DNA of 64,000 nucleotides from an uncultured Chloroflexia bacterium (GTDB lineage Bacteria; Chloroflexota; UBA6077; JACCZL01): positions 224,001 to 288,000 of the forward strand of contig CAVXYC010000015.1 in NCBI GenBank assembly GCA_963765765.1. Reading direction: 5' to 3'. The position numbers and the translations under genes were made by a program. The notes beneath the pieces are model-generated. The model saw only the letters and a program-made list of their open reading frames with translations. It did not search any database and was not told the DNA's origin. Shown in pieces: positions 32,093 through 41,615 of this stretch; the first letter of the stretch is position 1, and each line of letters opens with the position of its first letter.

Positions 32093-32095
32093 ATC

Positions 32096-32777
32096 TCAGG
32101 AAACCTGCTCCTTTTCCCGAGCGATGTATCTGAGCATGATCCGACGCTCGCTCTGTAGAAGGGCAGTGAACTCTACGCGTACGATGTAACGGACTGCCCC
32201 CTAGGTGGCGCCGGTTCGGACAGGCCGCGTAACGTCTCGCACAACTCCGCTCGGAAGGATCGGGGCGTGGCCCGGGAGGGGGATCACCAGCTGCAGCATC
32301 TGGTCCGGCTCAAGAGGAGCGAAGCATTCTAGCTTGGCGCCGCCACCGCTCAACTCCATGATCCGAACGGTGATGTGGGCGGGCGGACGGTTTGTCGTTC
32401 CAGGGAGAAAGGCGGTCGTCGCGGGCATCGAGACCCGCACGCGCGGGTACTTTCGACGATCTAGTCGACGGACCTTCCCAGTAACTTCTACCTGGAGTTC
32501 GCCGCTGATGTCTTCTGAGCACCCGACTGGGAATCGCGTAGACGCCGTGGTCTGCCGGAACATGGAGTGACACCGATTCCTCCTTGCGCACTGGGCAAGG
32601 AGGTGACCGTCGATGTACGCATCGGAGACCCCCGGAGCTGTCCCGAATAAGCCGCCTGGTCACCGGCGATTGGTTTTCCAAAGCATCAGGAGTCGGCAGG
32701 GCGGCTGGAGAAAAGAGAGGTCGCTCACGCTCATGCACCTTCACTCGGTTGCCAGTGTTGCGATTCTGGCTTCTCAT
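32096..32777 (-). pseudogene. PilZ-domain (YcgR-like) protein, interrupted
   Basis: RRKYPR and ELSGGG motifs; in-frame TAG at 32201-32203 followed by YIVRVEFTAL..RRIMLRYI; frameshift near 32520. Confidence 0.7.
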
Positions 32778-32875
32778 TGAGAGAACGAGTGTGTGCCCCT
32801 GATGAGAGATGGCGGGTAACTTCTTACGCGGCTAGCGTAGGACTGCGAATCCCACGCGCGCATAGCCTGCTTAGA

Positions 32876-32977
32876 CTACGTAAGGCCTGACCATTTTTGT
32901 AATGCAACAAGCACCGCCAGATTCGCCAGAATGACGGCAAGAACAATGACGAACTCGAGCGCTTCACCTACGACCAC
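32876..32977 (-). CDS. Possible 33-aa membrane peptide
   Basis: GAGGCGG upstream of GTG; MVVGEALEFVIVLAVILANLAVLVALQKWSGLT. Confidence 0.35.
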   Translation of the reverse strand: MVVGEALEFVIVLAVILANLAVLVALQKWSGLT

Positions 32978-33057
32978 GGACCACCGCCTCTATGGGAGTG
33001 CCAGGCGCATTCCTGTCCTCCCATTCTATCGTGGTGAGCGAGGGCGTCAACTTTCGC

Positions 33058-33702
33058 TTATCGACGAGACCGTGCCGCTCCCGGCGCGGGCTTGTCGGCT
33101 TCGCCCTCCTGCGGCTGCTCGCTCACGGGACCCATCTTGAGATTTCCCTCGAAGAAGGCGCCCTCTTGCATCACCAATGTGCCGGCCTGGATCTCCCCAT
33201 GGACTCGTCCGGTTGGAAGAATCTCAACGCGGCCAACGCACTGAATCTCGCCAGTCACTTCACCAGCCACGGTGATGGTCTCTGCCGTGACTCGCGCTTT
33301 GACGCGGGCCGATTCCTCAATTGCAACCGACTGGCTGCTGATGATCTCTCCATCCACCGCTCCAAGGATGCGAACGGCAGTCTCGGAGCGCAGCGTACCG
33401 CTGAACGATGTTTGCGGACCAATCACCGACTGCACATCGCTGCCTCCGAAGGACGCCCGGCCAGTCGGCTGCGCAATGCGCGAGACTGACACGTTGACGT
33501 CATTCGTCGTCGGCCTGGGCATGGTCGGCGAAATCGGAGGGGCTGGCGTCGCGGGAGCGGCTGGAGTCGCGGGCGGCGGGTCGTCGGCCTTCACATTTTC
33601 GACCGTCTCAGGGTTCTCGGTGTCCGCGGTCTCCTCCGACTCGCGGTTCGAGAGTGCCTTTGAGAACCGTGTCCACTCCTGCTCCTCAGTTCGCTTGAAC
33701 AT
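33058..33702 (-). CDS. Bactofilin (polymer-forming cytoskeletal protein)
   Basis: SVIG...FSGTL...VRILGAVDGEI...VHGEIQAGTLVMQEGAFFEG; Pro-rich N-terminal tail. Confidence 0.9.
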   Translation of the reverse strand: MFKRTEEQEWTRFSKALSNRESEETADTENPETVENVKADDPPPATPAAPATPAPPISPTMPRPTTNDVNVSVSRIAQPTGRASFGGSDVQSVIGPQTSFSGTLRSETAVRILGAVDGEIISSQSVAIEESARVKARVTAETITVAGEVTGEIQCVGRVEILPTGRVHGEIQAGTLVMQEGAFFEGNLKMGPVSEQPQEGEADKPAPGAARSRR

Positions 33703-33916
33703 TCTGGGACTCCTCCCCACCGCCACCGATGGACACGGTGCGATGGCCTGCTGATTGATAGCTCATAAGCGCGGCTCGTCACCTGGCCGGAGTATATCCC
33801 CCGATTTCGCCAACTTCAACGATTGGTGGGCGTCGAACGCTCCAATGATGTTACGACTGCACACGCGAATTCGCGGTTTGATACGTATAATCGGTCGAAG
33901 TACTCGACATGATGAG

Positions 33917-34550
33917 ATGAGCCAGTACCTCGAGCTTCTCGATTGGCGTCGGCAGATTGCCTTTCTCTATGGAGAGCTTCGTTCCAGAGCGAGCTCTTCC
34001 GAGACGGCAGACTGGTTCCGAAGGCAGCGCGACCAGTTGTTCCGTGATCATCCACAGAGCCCTATTCCTGCCAACGCTCGTGCAGCATTTCGGTCGCTAT
34101 GCTATTGGGCGTGGGACCCAGCGGGGCGTGTCGACGCACGATTTACTCCACTCATTTCAGGTCCGTCGAGAGTACCGCCTTCCGCCCTCGATAAACGGGG
34201 AAGCTCGCCTCCATCCTATTGGGACGGTGGCATTTCAGCTTTTCGATACGGCTTGTCAGCTCCAGGTCCTATGGCTCGATGCGTACGGCGGTGGTATCTT
34301 CATCCCGTTTCGCGACGCGACGTGCGGTAGCGAAACGTATGGAGGGGGGCGATATCTGCTGGATTCAGTCAAGGGCGCCGAATTGGGGAGTAGCTTTGAA
34401 TCGGAAACCCTCACGCTGGACTTCAACTACGCCTATCACCCCTCGTGCGCGTACGATCCGATCTGGCCGTGTCCTCTGGCACCGCCCTAGAACCGGCTGC
34501 AGATGGCGGTTCCATTGGGTGAGCGTTTGACTCCCGGCGTTAACTCATGA
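33917..34550 (+). CDS. DUF1684-family protein; frameshift near 34150 and in-frame TAG at 34488
   Basis: LLDWRR, FRDHPQSP, PFRDAT, TYGGGRYL, DFNYAYHPSCAY..W.CPLAP*NRL...GE. Confidence 0.8.
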
Positions 34551-34563
34551 CTAGCGTTAGCTC

Positions 34564-35613
34564 GTGACTATGGAAAGCGGTGCGCAAGCTGGCGCGGTAG
34601 TTGAGCTGCGAAACGTCACCAAACATTACGCGCTCAACGAGTCAGGCCCGGGAGCAGTGAACGACCTCTCCTTAACTGTGCCCGCGGGGGAGATCTGCGT
34701 ACTCGTTGGGCCGAGCGGGTGTGGCAAGACAACGACACTCAGAATGGTCAATCGGCTCGTTGACCCGACGAGCGGTCAGGTGCTCATTGATGGGTCCGAT
34801 GTCGCAAGCGTCGAGCCAACCCAGCTCCGCCGCCGAATTGGTTACGTCATTCAGCAGATCGGACTTTTCCCGCATCAGACCATCGGTCAGAACGTGGCTA
34901 CCGTGCCGTCTCTTCTCGGTTGGGACAAGAAGCGAAGCGAAGCGCGAGTCGATGAGCTACTGGTCCTTGTGGGACTCGATCCTGACCGTTATCGCGAACG
35001 GTATCCGTCCGAGCTATCAGGAGGCGAGCGCCAACGAGTCGGAGTCGCTCGAGCGCTGGCCGCGGAGCCGCCGGTCATGCTCATGGACGAGCCGTTTGGC
35101 GCGGTCGATCCAATTGTTCGAGAACGGTTGCAGGATGAGTTCTTGAGACTTCATCGAACACTGGGTATGACTGTCCTGATGGTGACTCATGACATCGATG
35201 AAGCAATCAAAATGGGCACCCGCGTTGCTGTGATGCGACAAGGCGGCCATCTCGAGCAATACGCCTCGCCGGCCGAGCTGCTCGCTCATCCGTCCAGTGA
35301 ATTCGTCGCGCAATTTGTGGGTGCCGATCGAGCGCTCAAGCAGCTTGCGCTGCTTCGAGTGAAGGATCTGGCGCCCATCCCCGTCGCGCAGCTTACGAAT
35401 GGAAAAGAGTCAAATAACGTGAGTAGCTGGCCCCGATTGAAGCATGACATGCTCCTTCGTGACGCGCTCTCGAATCTGCTTGTGAGCGCCGAGCACGTTG
35501 GTCTTGTAACGGACGACGACGGCGAGATTCTTGGCGGAGTGAGCCTGGAATCAATAGGCACCGCGCTTATCCAGGGGCAGCGCGTAGTTAACGGCTCCCG
35601 TGCTGAGGCGTGA
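34564..35613 (+). CDS. Osmoprotectant ABC transporter ATP-binding subunit
   Basis: GPSGCGKTT, GYVIQQIGLFPH, LSGGERQR, MDEPFGAVDP. Confidence 0.92.
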   Translation: MTMESGAQAGAVVELRNVTKHYALNESGPGAVNDLSLTVPAGEICVLVGPSGCGKTTTLRMVNRLVDPTSGQVLIDGSDVASVEPTQLRRRIGYVIQQIGLFPHQTIGQNVATVPSLLGWDKKRSEARVDELLVLVGLDPDRYRERYPSELSGGERQRVGVARALAAEPPVMLMDEPFGAVDPIVRERLQDEFLRLHRTLGMTVLMVTHDIDEAIKMGTRVAVMRQGGHLEQYASPAELLAHPSSEFVAQFVGADRALKQLALLRVKDLAPIPVAQLTNGKESNNVSSWPRLKHDMLLRDALSNLLVSAEHVGLVTDDDGEILGGVSLESIGTALIQGQRVVNGSRAEA

Positions 35614-35633
35614 TTGGCGACGGTGACTGATCG

Positions 35634-36290
35634 ATGACTCCTGGTGAGCCGCTCATTCGCTGGGATTGGTTGGCGCGTAATTTGCCCGTCATTGGACAGC
35701 GACTTCTCGAGCATATCCAGCTCACGGTGATCGCCGTGTGAGTTGGCTTTCTAATCTCCTTCATCATCAGCATTCTCATTGTCAGACGTTCTTCAATGTA
35801 TGGACCGGTCACGTGGATAACGGGAGTGATGTACACGATTCCGAGCCTGGCATTGTTTGCGTTGCTGGTACCATTCACGGGGCTCTCCATAATCACTGCC
35901 GAAATCGGACTTGTAAGTTACACGCTGCTAATCTTGATTCGCAGCATCGTCAGCGGGATTCGCTCAGTTCCCCAGGAAGTGCGAGATGCCGCGATTGGGA
36001 TGGGCTATAGCCCCTGGAAACTGCTGTGGCGAGTGGAGCTCCCACTCGCCATGGTCGTCATTATTGCCGGCGTTCGCGTCGCCACAATTACTATCATCGG
36101 TCTGACAACGGTCACTGCGCTCATCGGCCAGGGTGGGCTGGGAGCGTTGATCCTTGAGGGAATTCAACGCTTTTTCAGTACGCCGCTGATTGTGGGCGCA
36201 CTACTCTCAATTGCGCTGGCGGTGTTGGCGGACGCAGGACTCGCGCTGCTTCAGCGCTGGGTAACGCCCTGGGCGAGGGTGCGCGGATGA
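35634..36290 (+). CDS. Osmoprotectant ABC permease; in-frame TGA at 35739
   Basis: YTIPSLALF, DAAIGMG, RVELPLA, GGLG; N-terminus WDW...EHIQLT lies upstream of the stop in the same frame. Confidence 0.85.
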
Positions 36291-36318
36291 TGCGCTCTTA
36301 TCCGCGGGTCCAGGCTGT

Positions 36319-37020
36319 ATGGCACTTGGCAGACCATTGGGCCTGATCGATTCGCTCATCGCATGGCTGGTCGTGCCGGCGCGCTGGCAGGGTTCGGATG
36401 GAATTCCGACCCGTGTCGGGGAACATCTCTTGCTCTCGGTAGTTGCGGTTCTTGCAGCGGTCGCGCTGGCGATGCCGCTGGGTGTCGCGCTGGGACATTT
36501 TCATAAGGGCGGTTTTGTGGCGATGAATGTCGCCAACGTGGGTAGAGCTTTGCCATCCATGGCGCTACTTGCACTGGCGTTGCCGTTGGCCTTTGCCCTG
36601 AATCTTGGCCTTGGCTTCTGGCCCACGTTTCTGGCGCTCGTGCCTCTGGGGCTCCCGCCGATCCTTACGAACTCCTATGTAGCCGTGTCTGAGGTTGACG
36701 TGGATATTGTGGACTCCGCCCGAGGGATGGGTATGAGCTCATGGCAGATTCTTTGGCGCGCTGAGCTGCCGCTGGCAGCGCCAATGATCGTGGATGGTAT
36801 TCGGAATTCGGCGGTTGCCATTGTAGCGACCGCTACGCTGGGTGCTCTCGTAGCCGGAGGAGGACTGGGCCGTTACATTGTTGACGGGTTGCAACGTCAG
36901 GAGACACCGCGCATTCTCGCTGGCGCAGTGCTGGTGGCGCTGATGGCCATTGTCACGGAGTACGGTCTCGGGCTGGTGCAGCGATTCGTAACGCCGCGAG
37001 GCGAGCGTAAGTCGACATAG
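36319..37020 (+). CDS. Osmoprotectant ABC permease
   Basis: GRALPS, PPILTN, ARGMGMS, ELPLA, GGGLG. Confidence 0.9.
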   Translation: MALGRPLGLIDSLIAWLVVPARWQGSDGIPTRVGEHLLLSVVAVLAAVALAMPLGVALGHFHKGGFVAMNVANVGRALPSMALLALALPLAFALNLGLGFWPTFLALVPLGLPPILTNSYVAVSEVDVDIVDSARGMGMSSWQILWRAELPLAAPMIVDGIRNSAVAIVATATLGALVAGGGLGRYIVDGLQRQETPRILAGAVLVALMAIVTEYGLGLVQRFVTPRGERKST

Positions 37021-37112
37021 GCCGAGTGCAGCAGGCGCGCATGTGACAGGGTGGTAAAGTTGCGGACAAAAGCTCGATCTTTTTGGATGCGGTGTAGGAC
37101 AACGGAGGAGGA

Positions 37113-38051
37113 ATGACATTGAAGCGTAATAGCTACTGGCTCAGGTTCGGATTCGCGTTCGCGAGCGTGATCGCGCTTTTGGGCGGGATCACTTCAAGTG
37201 CAGTCCAGGCGGCGCCCGCCGCGCAAAAGCCGGTAATCCGCATGGGCTCCACGAACTTTGCCGAGCAGACGATCGTGGCTGAACTGTACGCGCAGGTGTT
37301 GGAGGCGAATGGCTTCCAGATCGAGCGACGTCTGAACCTCGGTTCGCGCGAGATCGTTGCGCCGGCGCTGGAGTCGGGACAGATCGATATGTACCCCGAG
37401 TATCTGGCCACGATGCTGTCGTACACGACCAAGAATCAGCAGATGGGCTCGGGTGACCCTGCAGCAACGGCGATGAGCCTGATGGAAGCCCTGGCGCCGA
37501 AGGGGATATCTCTTCTCGACGTTGCTCCGGCTATCGACACAAACGCCCTGGCTGTCACCGCGGCAACCGCCCAGCGCCTCAATTTGAAGACGACGAGTGA
37601 CCTGGTTCCATACATGGATCAGCTCGTATTGGGCGGGCCACCAGAATGTCCCGACCGCCCATTTTGTATCCTCGGCTTCCGTGACGTCTATGGACTGACG
37701 TTCAAGGACTTCAGGCCATTGGATGTCGGCGGACCGATCACCGTCGCGGCGCTTGATGCTGGACAGGTAGACGTGGCCGTGCTTTTCTCTTCTGACGCGG
37801 TCATCGCCCAGCGCGGCTTTCTAGTGCTGGAAGATGATAAGCACCTTCAGCTTGCGGACAATGTGGCGCCAGTCATTAGGACCGAGGTCCTGAACGCGGC
37901 GCCAGATGAGATCCGCATGCTTACCAACAGCGTAAGCATGATTCTCACAACGGATGAGCTCGTGGAGCTCAACCGCCAGGTGGGAGTTGATCGAATGGAT
38001 CCGAAGGATGCCGCGGCTGGTTGGTTGAGGGCGAAGGCGCTGATTTCGTAG
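37113..38051 (+). CDS. Glycine betaine/choline-type ABC substrate-binding protein
   Basis: Signal peptide; GSTNFAEQ, ID.YPEY, LEDDK. Confidence 0.9.
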   Translation: MTLKRNSYWLRFGFAFASVIALLGGITSSAVQAAPAAQKPVIRMGSTNFAEQTIVAELYAQVLEANGFQIERRLNLGSREIVAPALESGQIDMYPEYLATMLSYTTKNQQMGSGDPAATAMSLMEALAPKGISLLDVAPAIDTNALAVTAATAQRLNLKTTSDLVPYMDQLVLGGPPECPDRPFCILGFRDVYGLTFKDFRPLDVGGPITVAALDAGQVDVAVLFSSDAVIAQRGFLVLEDDKHLQLADNVAPVIRTEVLNAAPDEIRMLTNSVSMILTTDELVELNRQVGVDRMDPKDAAAGWLRAKALIS

Positions 38052-38076
38052 CCGCCTGATCTGGACGTCAACCCAG

Positions 38077-38115
38077 GCCCGTCCGCGGAATTCTCCGGGG
38101 GCGGGCATTTTTGTT
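38077..38115 (+). terminator. Intrinsic terminator after the ABC operon
   Basis: GCCCGTCCGCGGA-attc-TCCGGGGGCGGGC followed by ATTTTTGTT. Confidence 0.7.
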
Positions 38116-38182
38116 GTGCCAGCCGCAATGCGCTTTGTTGTGTCAGCCAAATCGGGCTTTTGCTGTGCCAGCCAATTTGCGC
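38110..38182. repeat. Three imperfect 24-bp direct repeats
   Basis: TTTGTTGTGCCAGCCGCAATGCGC / TTTGTTGTGTCAGCCAAATCGGGC / TTTGCTGTGCCAGCCAATTTGCGC. Confidence 0.8.
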
Positions 38183-38203
38183 TCAATTTGACGTTAGCGA
38201 ATT

Positions 38204-38230
38204 GGAAGATTTCTCATGCTCTGCGCGTTA
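38204..38230 (+). promoter_or_regulatory. Candidate SigR/SigH-type ECF promoter
   Basis: GGAAG-N18-GTT (CGTTA) upstream of the small-protein/sigma/antisigma genes. Confidence 0.4.
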
Positions 38231-38382
38231 GAGCCTGTAGAACAACACTCATCTCGGTAATTGACTACTCGTTTCGGAGGCTCTGCGTCTGTAATCGAAG
38301 GGGTCGGGGCCGATTATCAGATGCGTGCACCGGCTGTTTTGTCGGCTCGTGTAGGAAGGCTGGTTACAGCCCGAGGAGGGTC

Positions 38383-38643
38383 ATGATGGAGAGCGCCGGA
38401 AGCACAGAGAAGGTCGCATCGCAAGCTCGAACACCACGCGTGACGCATGAGCGTCGGATTTTTCGGGATCTTTTTCTCGCTCGGCTCCGCAGATTCCACA
38501 AGCAGCGGACGATGTACGAAAGTGATCTCACTGTCGACGTCCGCTCTTTGATAGATCGGGCACTTTACTCAACCTATTGGGATTGTGTTCGCCTGGGTCT
38601 TCGAGCTGAGGCGCGCGAGGTGCTCGGTCTTCCTGGTGACTAG
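38383..38643 (+). CDS. Small hypothetical protein, STYWDC family copy A
   Basis: SD GAGGAGG; paralog at 40528-40749. Confidence 0.8.
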   Translation: MMESAGSTEKVASQARTPRVTHERRIFRDLFLARLRRFHKQRTMYESDLTVDVRSLIDRALYSTYWDCVRLGLRAEAREVLGLPGD

Positions 38644-38690
38644 GACGCAATTGCTGCGGGCGAACTGCGGTATAGTGACGCCGTACCCGC

Positions 38691-39293
38691 ATGCAAGCAA
38701 ACCACGATGCTCCGCAGATTGACACGCCCCGAGATGTGGCGCTCTTCGAGTCTGAAGCGCTCCCGCACCTTGATGCCCTGTACCGCACGGCACGTCGGCT
38801 TACACGCAACGATCAGGCTGCCGAAGACCTTGTGCAAGATGCACTCGAGCGCGCGTACACCCACTATGATCGATTTCAGCCAGGCACCAATATGCGAGCC
38901 TGGCTTTTTCGAATCTTGAGCAACCTTGCTATCAGCCAGTACCGGCGCCGGTCTACGGCTCCAGCGATGGAATCGCTGGATGAAGGCGAGGAGTTCTCCC
39001 TCTATGACCAGCTCCAAGCGGGCGGCGACGGAGAGTCTGATGTTGAGTCGCGCGTGCTCGACATGCTTGGCGAAGAATCGATACGGGCGGCGATCGAGGC
39101 GCTTCCGATGGAATTTCGCATGGTCGTTCTGCTCGCCGACGTTGAAGGATTCGCATACAAGGAGATCGCGGAAATTCTTGGAATACCTCGCGGAACGGTG
39201 ATGTCAAGATTATTTCGTGGGCGCCGGCTTCTCCAGCGTTCACTATGGGATCAAGCGCAGGCGGCCGGCATCTCCAAGACCAGGGAAGGGTGA
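38691..39293 (+). CDS. ECF sigma factor, SigH/SigR-like
   Basis: AEDLVQD, FQPGTNMRAWLFRI, LADVEGFAYKEIAEIL..P.GTVMSRLFRGRR. Confidence 0.92.
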   Translation: MQANHDAPQIDTPRDVALFESEALPHLDALYRTARRLTRNDQAAEDLVQDALERAYTHYDRFQPGTNMRAWLFRILSNLAISQYRRRSTAPAMESLDEGEEFSLYDQLQAGGDGESDVESRVLDMLGEESIRAAIEALPMEFRMVVLLADVEGFAYKEIAEILGIPRGTVMSRLFRGRRLLQRSLWDQAQAAGISKTREG

Positions 39294-39297
39294 ACCC

Positions 39298-39555
39298 ATG
39301 CAACGGAGCATGACATGCGAAGAGGCGTACAAGGAGATCTATGAGTATCTCGATAGGGAACTCAGCGAGGCAGAGCTTTCTATCGTACGCAAGCACCTGG
39401 AAGATTGTCCTCCGTGTGCGCATCACTTCCAGTTCGAAGGAACGGTTGTGCGTTACATTCGCGAGCAAGGTGCGCGTGAGACCTGCCCCGCGGCTGTTGC
39501 CAAGGCGATTCTAACGGGGTTCAGAGCCAGAATCAGCCAGCGCTTGAGCAGTTAG
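39298..39555 (+). CDS. Soluble zinc-binding anti-sigma factor (RsrA/RshA-like)
   Basis: CEE...YEYLD.EL...HLEDCPPC (HxxxCxxC); no TM helix. Confidence 0.88.
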   Translation: MQRSMTCEEAYKEIYEYLDRELSEAELSIVRKHLEDCPPCAHHFQFEGTVVRYIREQGARETCPAAVAKAILTGFRARISQRLSS

Positions 39556-39564
39556 CTCGGGGTA

Positions 39565-40365
39565 CTACTCAGAGCTTTGAGTCGCTGTTCCCTGCTTGCG
39601 AGCACGCGATGCCTGGAAGATCATGACCCAGACAGCCGCCGCGCCGACCAGGAACGACATGACCTGCGCTTGCGTCAGGTTAAAGGCGAAGATCGTGTCC
39701 TGGCGGTAGAAGGTCACGAAGAACCGCCCGAACGAGTAGAGTGCTGCGAACAGCCAGAACATCATTCCTTCATAAGGCAGCTTCCAGCGCACCCGCATGA
39801 GAATGGCAAAGATAGCCAGGTCCAGAAGCATCTCATAGCCAACTGCCAGATGGACCGAGCGGTCGATCTCCCCTAGCGTGTTCGGATGCGTATAGCGTAC
39901 GGACAGAGGGAAATCTCCCGCCGGGGAGCCGTGATGCTCGCCATTTATGATGTCCCCGATGCGTCCAATGGCCATGCCTAGCACGAGGGGAGCGGCGCCT
40001 ACATCAAGGAGCCTCGGGATACTGAATCCACGCCATTTACTGTAGATAGCTCCGACGAGCGGTCCAAAGACCACGGAACCAAAAATTGCCAGACCGCCTT
40101 CGTTGATTCTCAAAATGGCCATGGGATCCTGAGCGTAGTATCCCCACTGGTCCACGATATGAAGAATGCGCGCGCCGAGAATGCCGCCGATGACCGACCA
40201 AAGGGCGACCGAGAGGATATCGTCCTCCGCAAAGCCGCGCTCAGCGCCGAGTCGCACCGCTAGAAGGATTCCGGCCAGTACGCCCACCGCGGTGAACACT
40301 CCATGCCAGGTGATAACCAATGGCCCCAGGGTGAACAGCGTCGGGTCGATATTGATGTTAATCAT
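39565..40365 (-). CDS. lgt: Prolipoprotein diacylglyceryl transferase
   Basis: ITWHG, LGARI, GGLAIFG, AIGRIGDIINGE. Confidence 0.9.
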   Translation of the reverse strand: MININIDPTLFTLGPLVITWHGVFTAVGVLAGILLAVRLGAERGFAEDDILSVALWSVIGGILGARILHIVDQWGYYAQDPMAILRINEGGLAIFGSVVFGPLVGAIYSKWRGFSIPRLLDVGAAPLVLGMAIGRIGDIINGEHHGSPAGDFPLSVRYTHPNTLGEIDRSVHLAVGYEMLLDLAIFAILMRVRWKLPYEGMMFWLFAALYSFGRFFVTFYRQDTIFAFNLTQAQVMSFLVGAAAVWVMIFQASRARKQGTATQSSE

Positions 40366-40527
40366 TTGTGGTGTACATACTCGATCTGTCGCTCGACGAC
40401 GCATTCTATCAGACGAATCGGCCTTTCTGAGACATTAAGCGTGTCCAAGTGTGGATGCCCTACAATGCCGCTGTCCTCGTTCCCGGACGGCCGCATCTCA
40501 CAGGTCATATTCCGGGCACGCGAAATC

Positions 40528-40749
40528 ATGGAGCCACTCTCTACCCAGCGACTAATCCGTGAATCCGTCAGAGACATGTTTCTTGGACGGCTTCGCCGCC
40601 TGGTATCGATTGAGTGCGACTCGAGCCTTGCGTTAGAAGTCGGAGATCGTCTGATGGTTGAGCGCGCGATGACATCAACCTACTGGGATTGCTGTCGCCT
40701 GGTCGGGCGGCGCCATGCTCGACGAATTCTCGGGCTGTCCGATCATTAG
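40528..40749 (+). CDS. Small hypothetical protein, STYWDC family copy B (alternative start 40465)
   Basis: 27/56 gap-free identity to 38383-38643, counted by hand. Confidence 0.75.
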   Translation: MEPLSTQRLIRESVRDMFLGRLRRLVSIECDSSLALEVGDRLMVERAMTSTYWDCCRLVGRRHARRILGLSDH

Positions 40750-40794
40750 AAATAGGGAGCAGAAATGAGCTCCCCACTCAGATTGAGAGGCGGA

Positions 40795-41097
40795 ATGACC
40801 GAACCCACGCCGAGTGACTACGTGCCGGTTTCTCGCGAGTTTGTATATGCGGGAATCCTTCCCTGGGCTGGCCCTAAATACGAAGAAGGCGTGAGGAAGC
40901 TTCTCCGCGACAACCCCTATGACAGACTCGTATTCATGGTCCCAGAACGCCTACTGGATGTCTACCGCGATCACCCACCGGCAAACCATCGGATGACGGC
41001 GGCCGAGGCCATACGTCTGGGGCTGGAGGCCGTGGACGGAGAGAATCCCAACTCGTTCATTAACAGAGTGCGTCGGGCGCTGGGAAACCCAAACTGA
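40795..41097 (+). CDS. Hypothetical protein
   Basis: SD-like GAGGCGG before ATG; plausible composition; no family recognised. Confidence 0.6.
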   Translation: MTEPTPSDYVPVSREFVYAGILPWAGPKYEEGVRKLLRDNPYDRLVFMVPERLLDVYRDHPPANHRMTAAEAIRLGLEAVDGENPNSFINRVRRALGNPN

Positions 41098-41615
41098 CCG
41101 GGGAGGTTTATTTCGCCGCGACATGGCTTCGGGCGGCGTTCAACTGTGGAAATTATGGCGTTAGCGCCCGGCCATGCTATCTGTTGATGTTGACGTCGCA
41201 CTGTCTGGCATCGACGTTCGGCAGATTGCTAGACTGGTGACACTTATTATTAATCGGTGGCAGGATCGTCGGTAACCCGACTGCTGCATCCCGATTTACC
41301 TCAAACAATCCGCACGCAGCGGAGACCTAAAGTTTTCGCAATCTGTCCAACTCACCCATCACTCGCCCTGTCTACATCGCAGACGGACAGACATTTATGT
41401 ACCGCCAAGGCGGTGTTAACGTACACAGATCGAACGTACGCTCTACGAAGCTGGGCCGCCAGCGTGGTTGATGAGCTGCTGCCTTTCCAGAAGTGGGCTA
41501 GCGCGTGCTACGGCCAGTGATTGAAGTGTTCTTACTCAACACGAACTCCAGCGTTCGCAGTGAGACTCTTGATGATTCTTTTCATTCGCTATGGACTGTG
41601 AAAAGGTTATAGCCA

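Noticed and set aside
32876-32977. Small ORF as a Flp/Tad prepilin
   Set aside because: Glu is at +4 rather than +5 after the Gly, there is no basic leader and no tad genes nearby
32201-35741. In-frame stops (TAG 32201 on minus, TAG 34488, TGA 35739) as stop-codon recoding (Pyl, Sec or alternative code)
   Set aside because: TAG and TGA end many intact genes here, the positions are not catalytic, no recoding machinery is visible, and the window has a high error rate
38110-38182. Three 24-bp repeats as a mini CRISPR array
   Set aside because: Units are adjacent with no spacers, degenerate, and no cas genes are present
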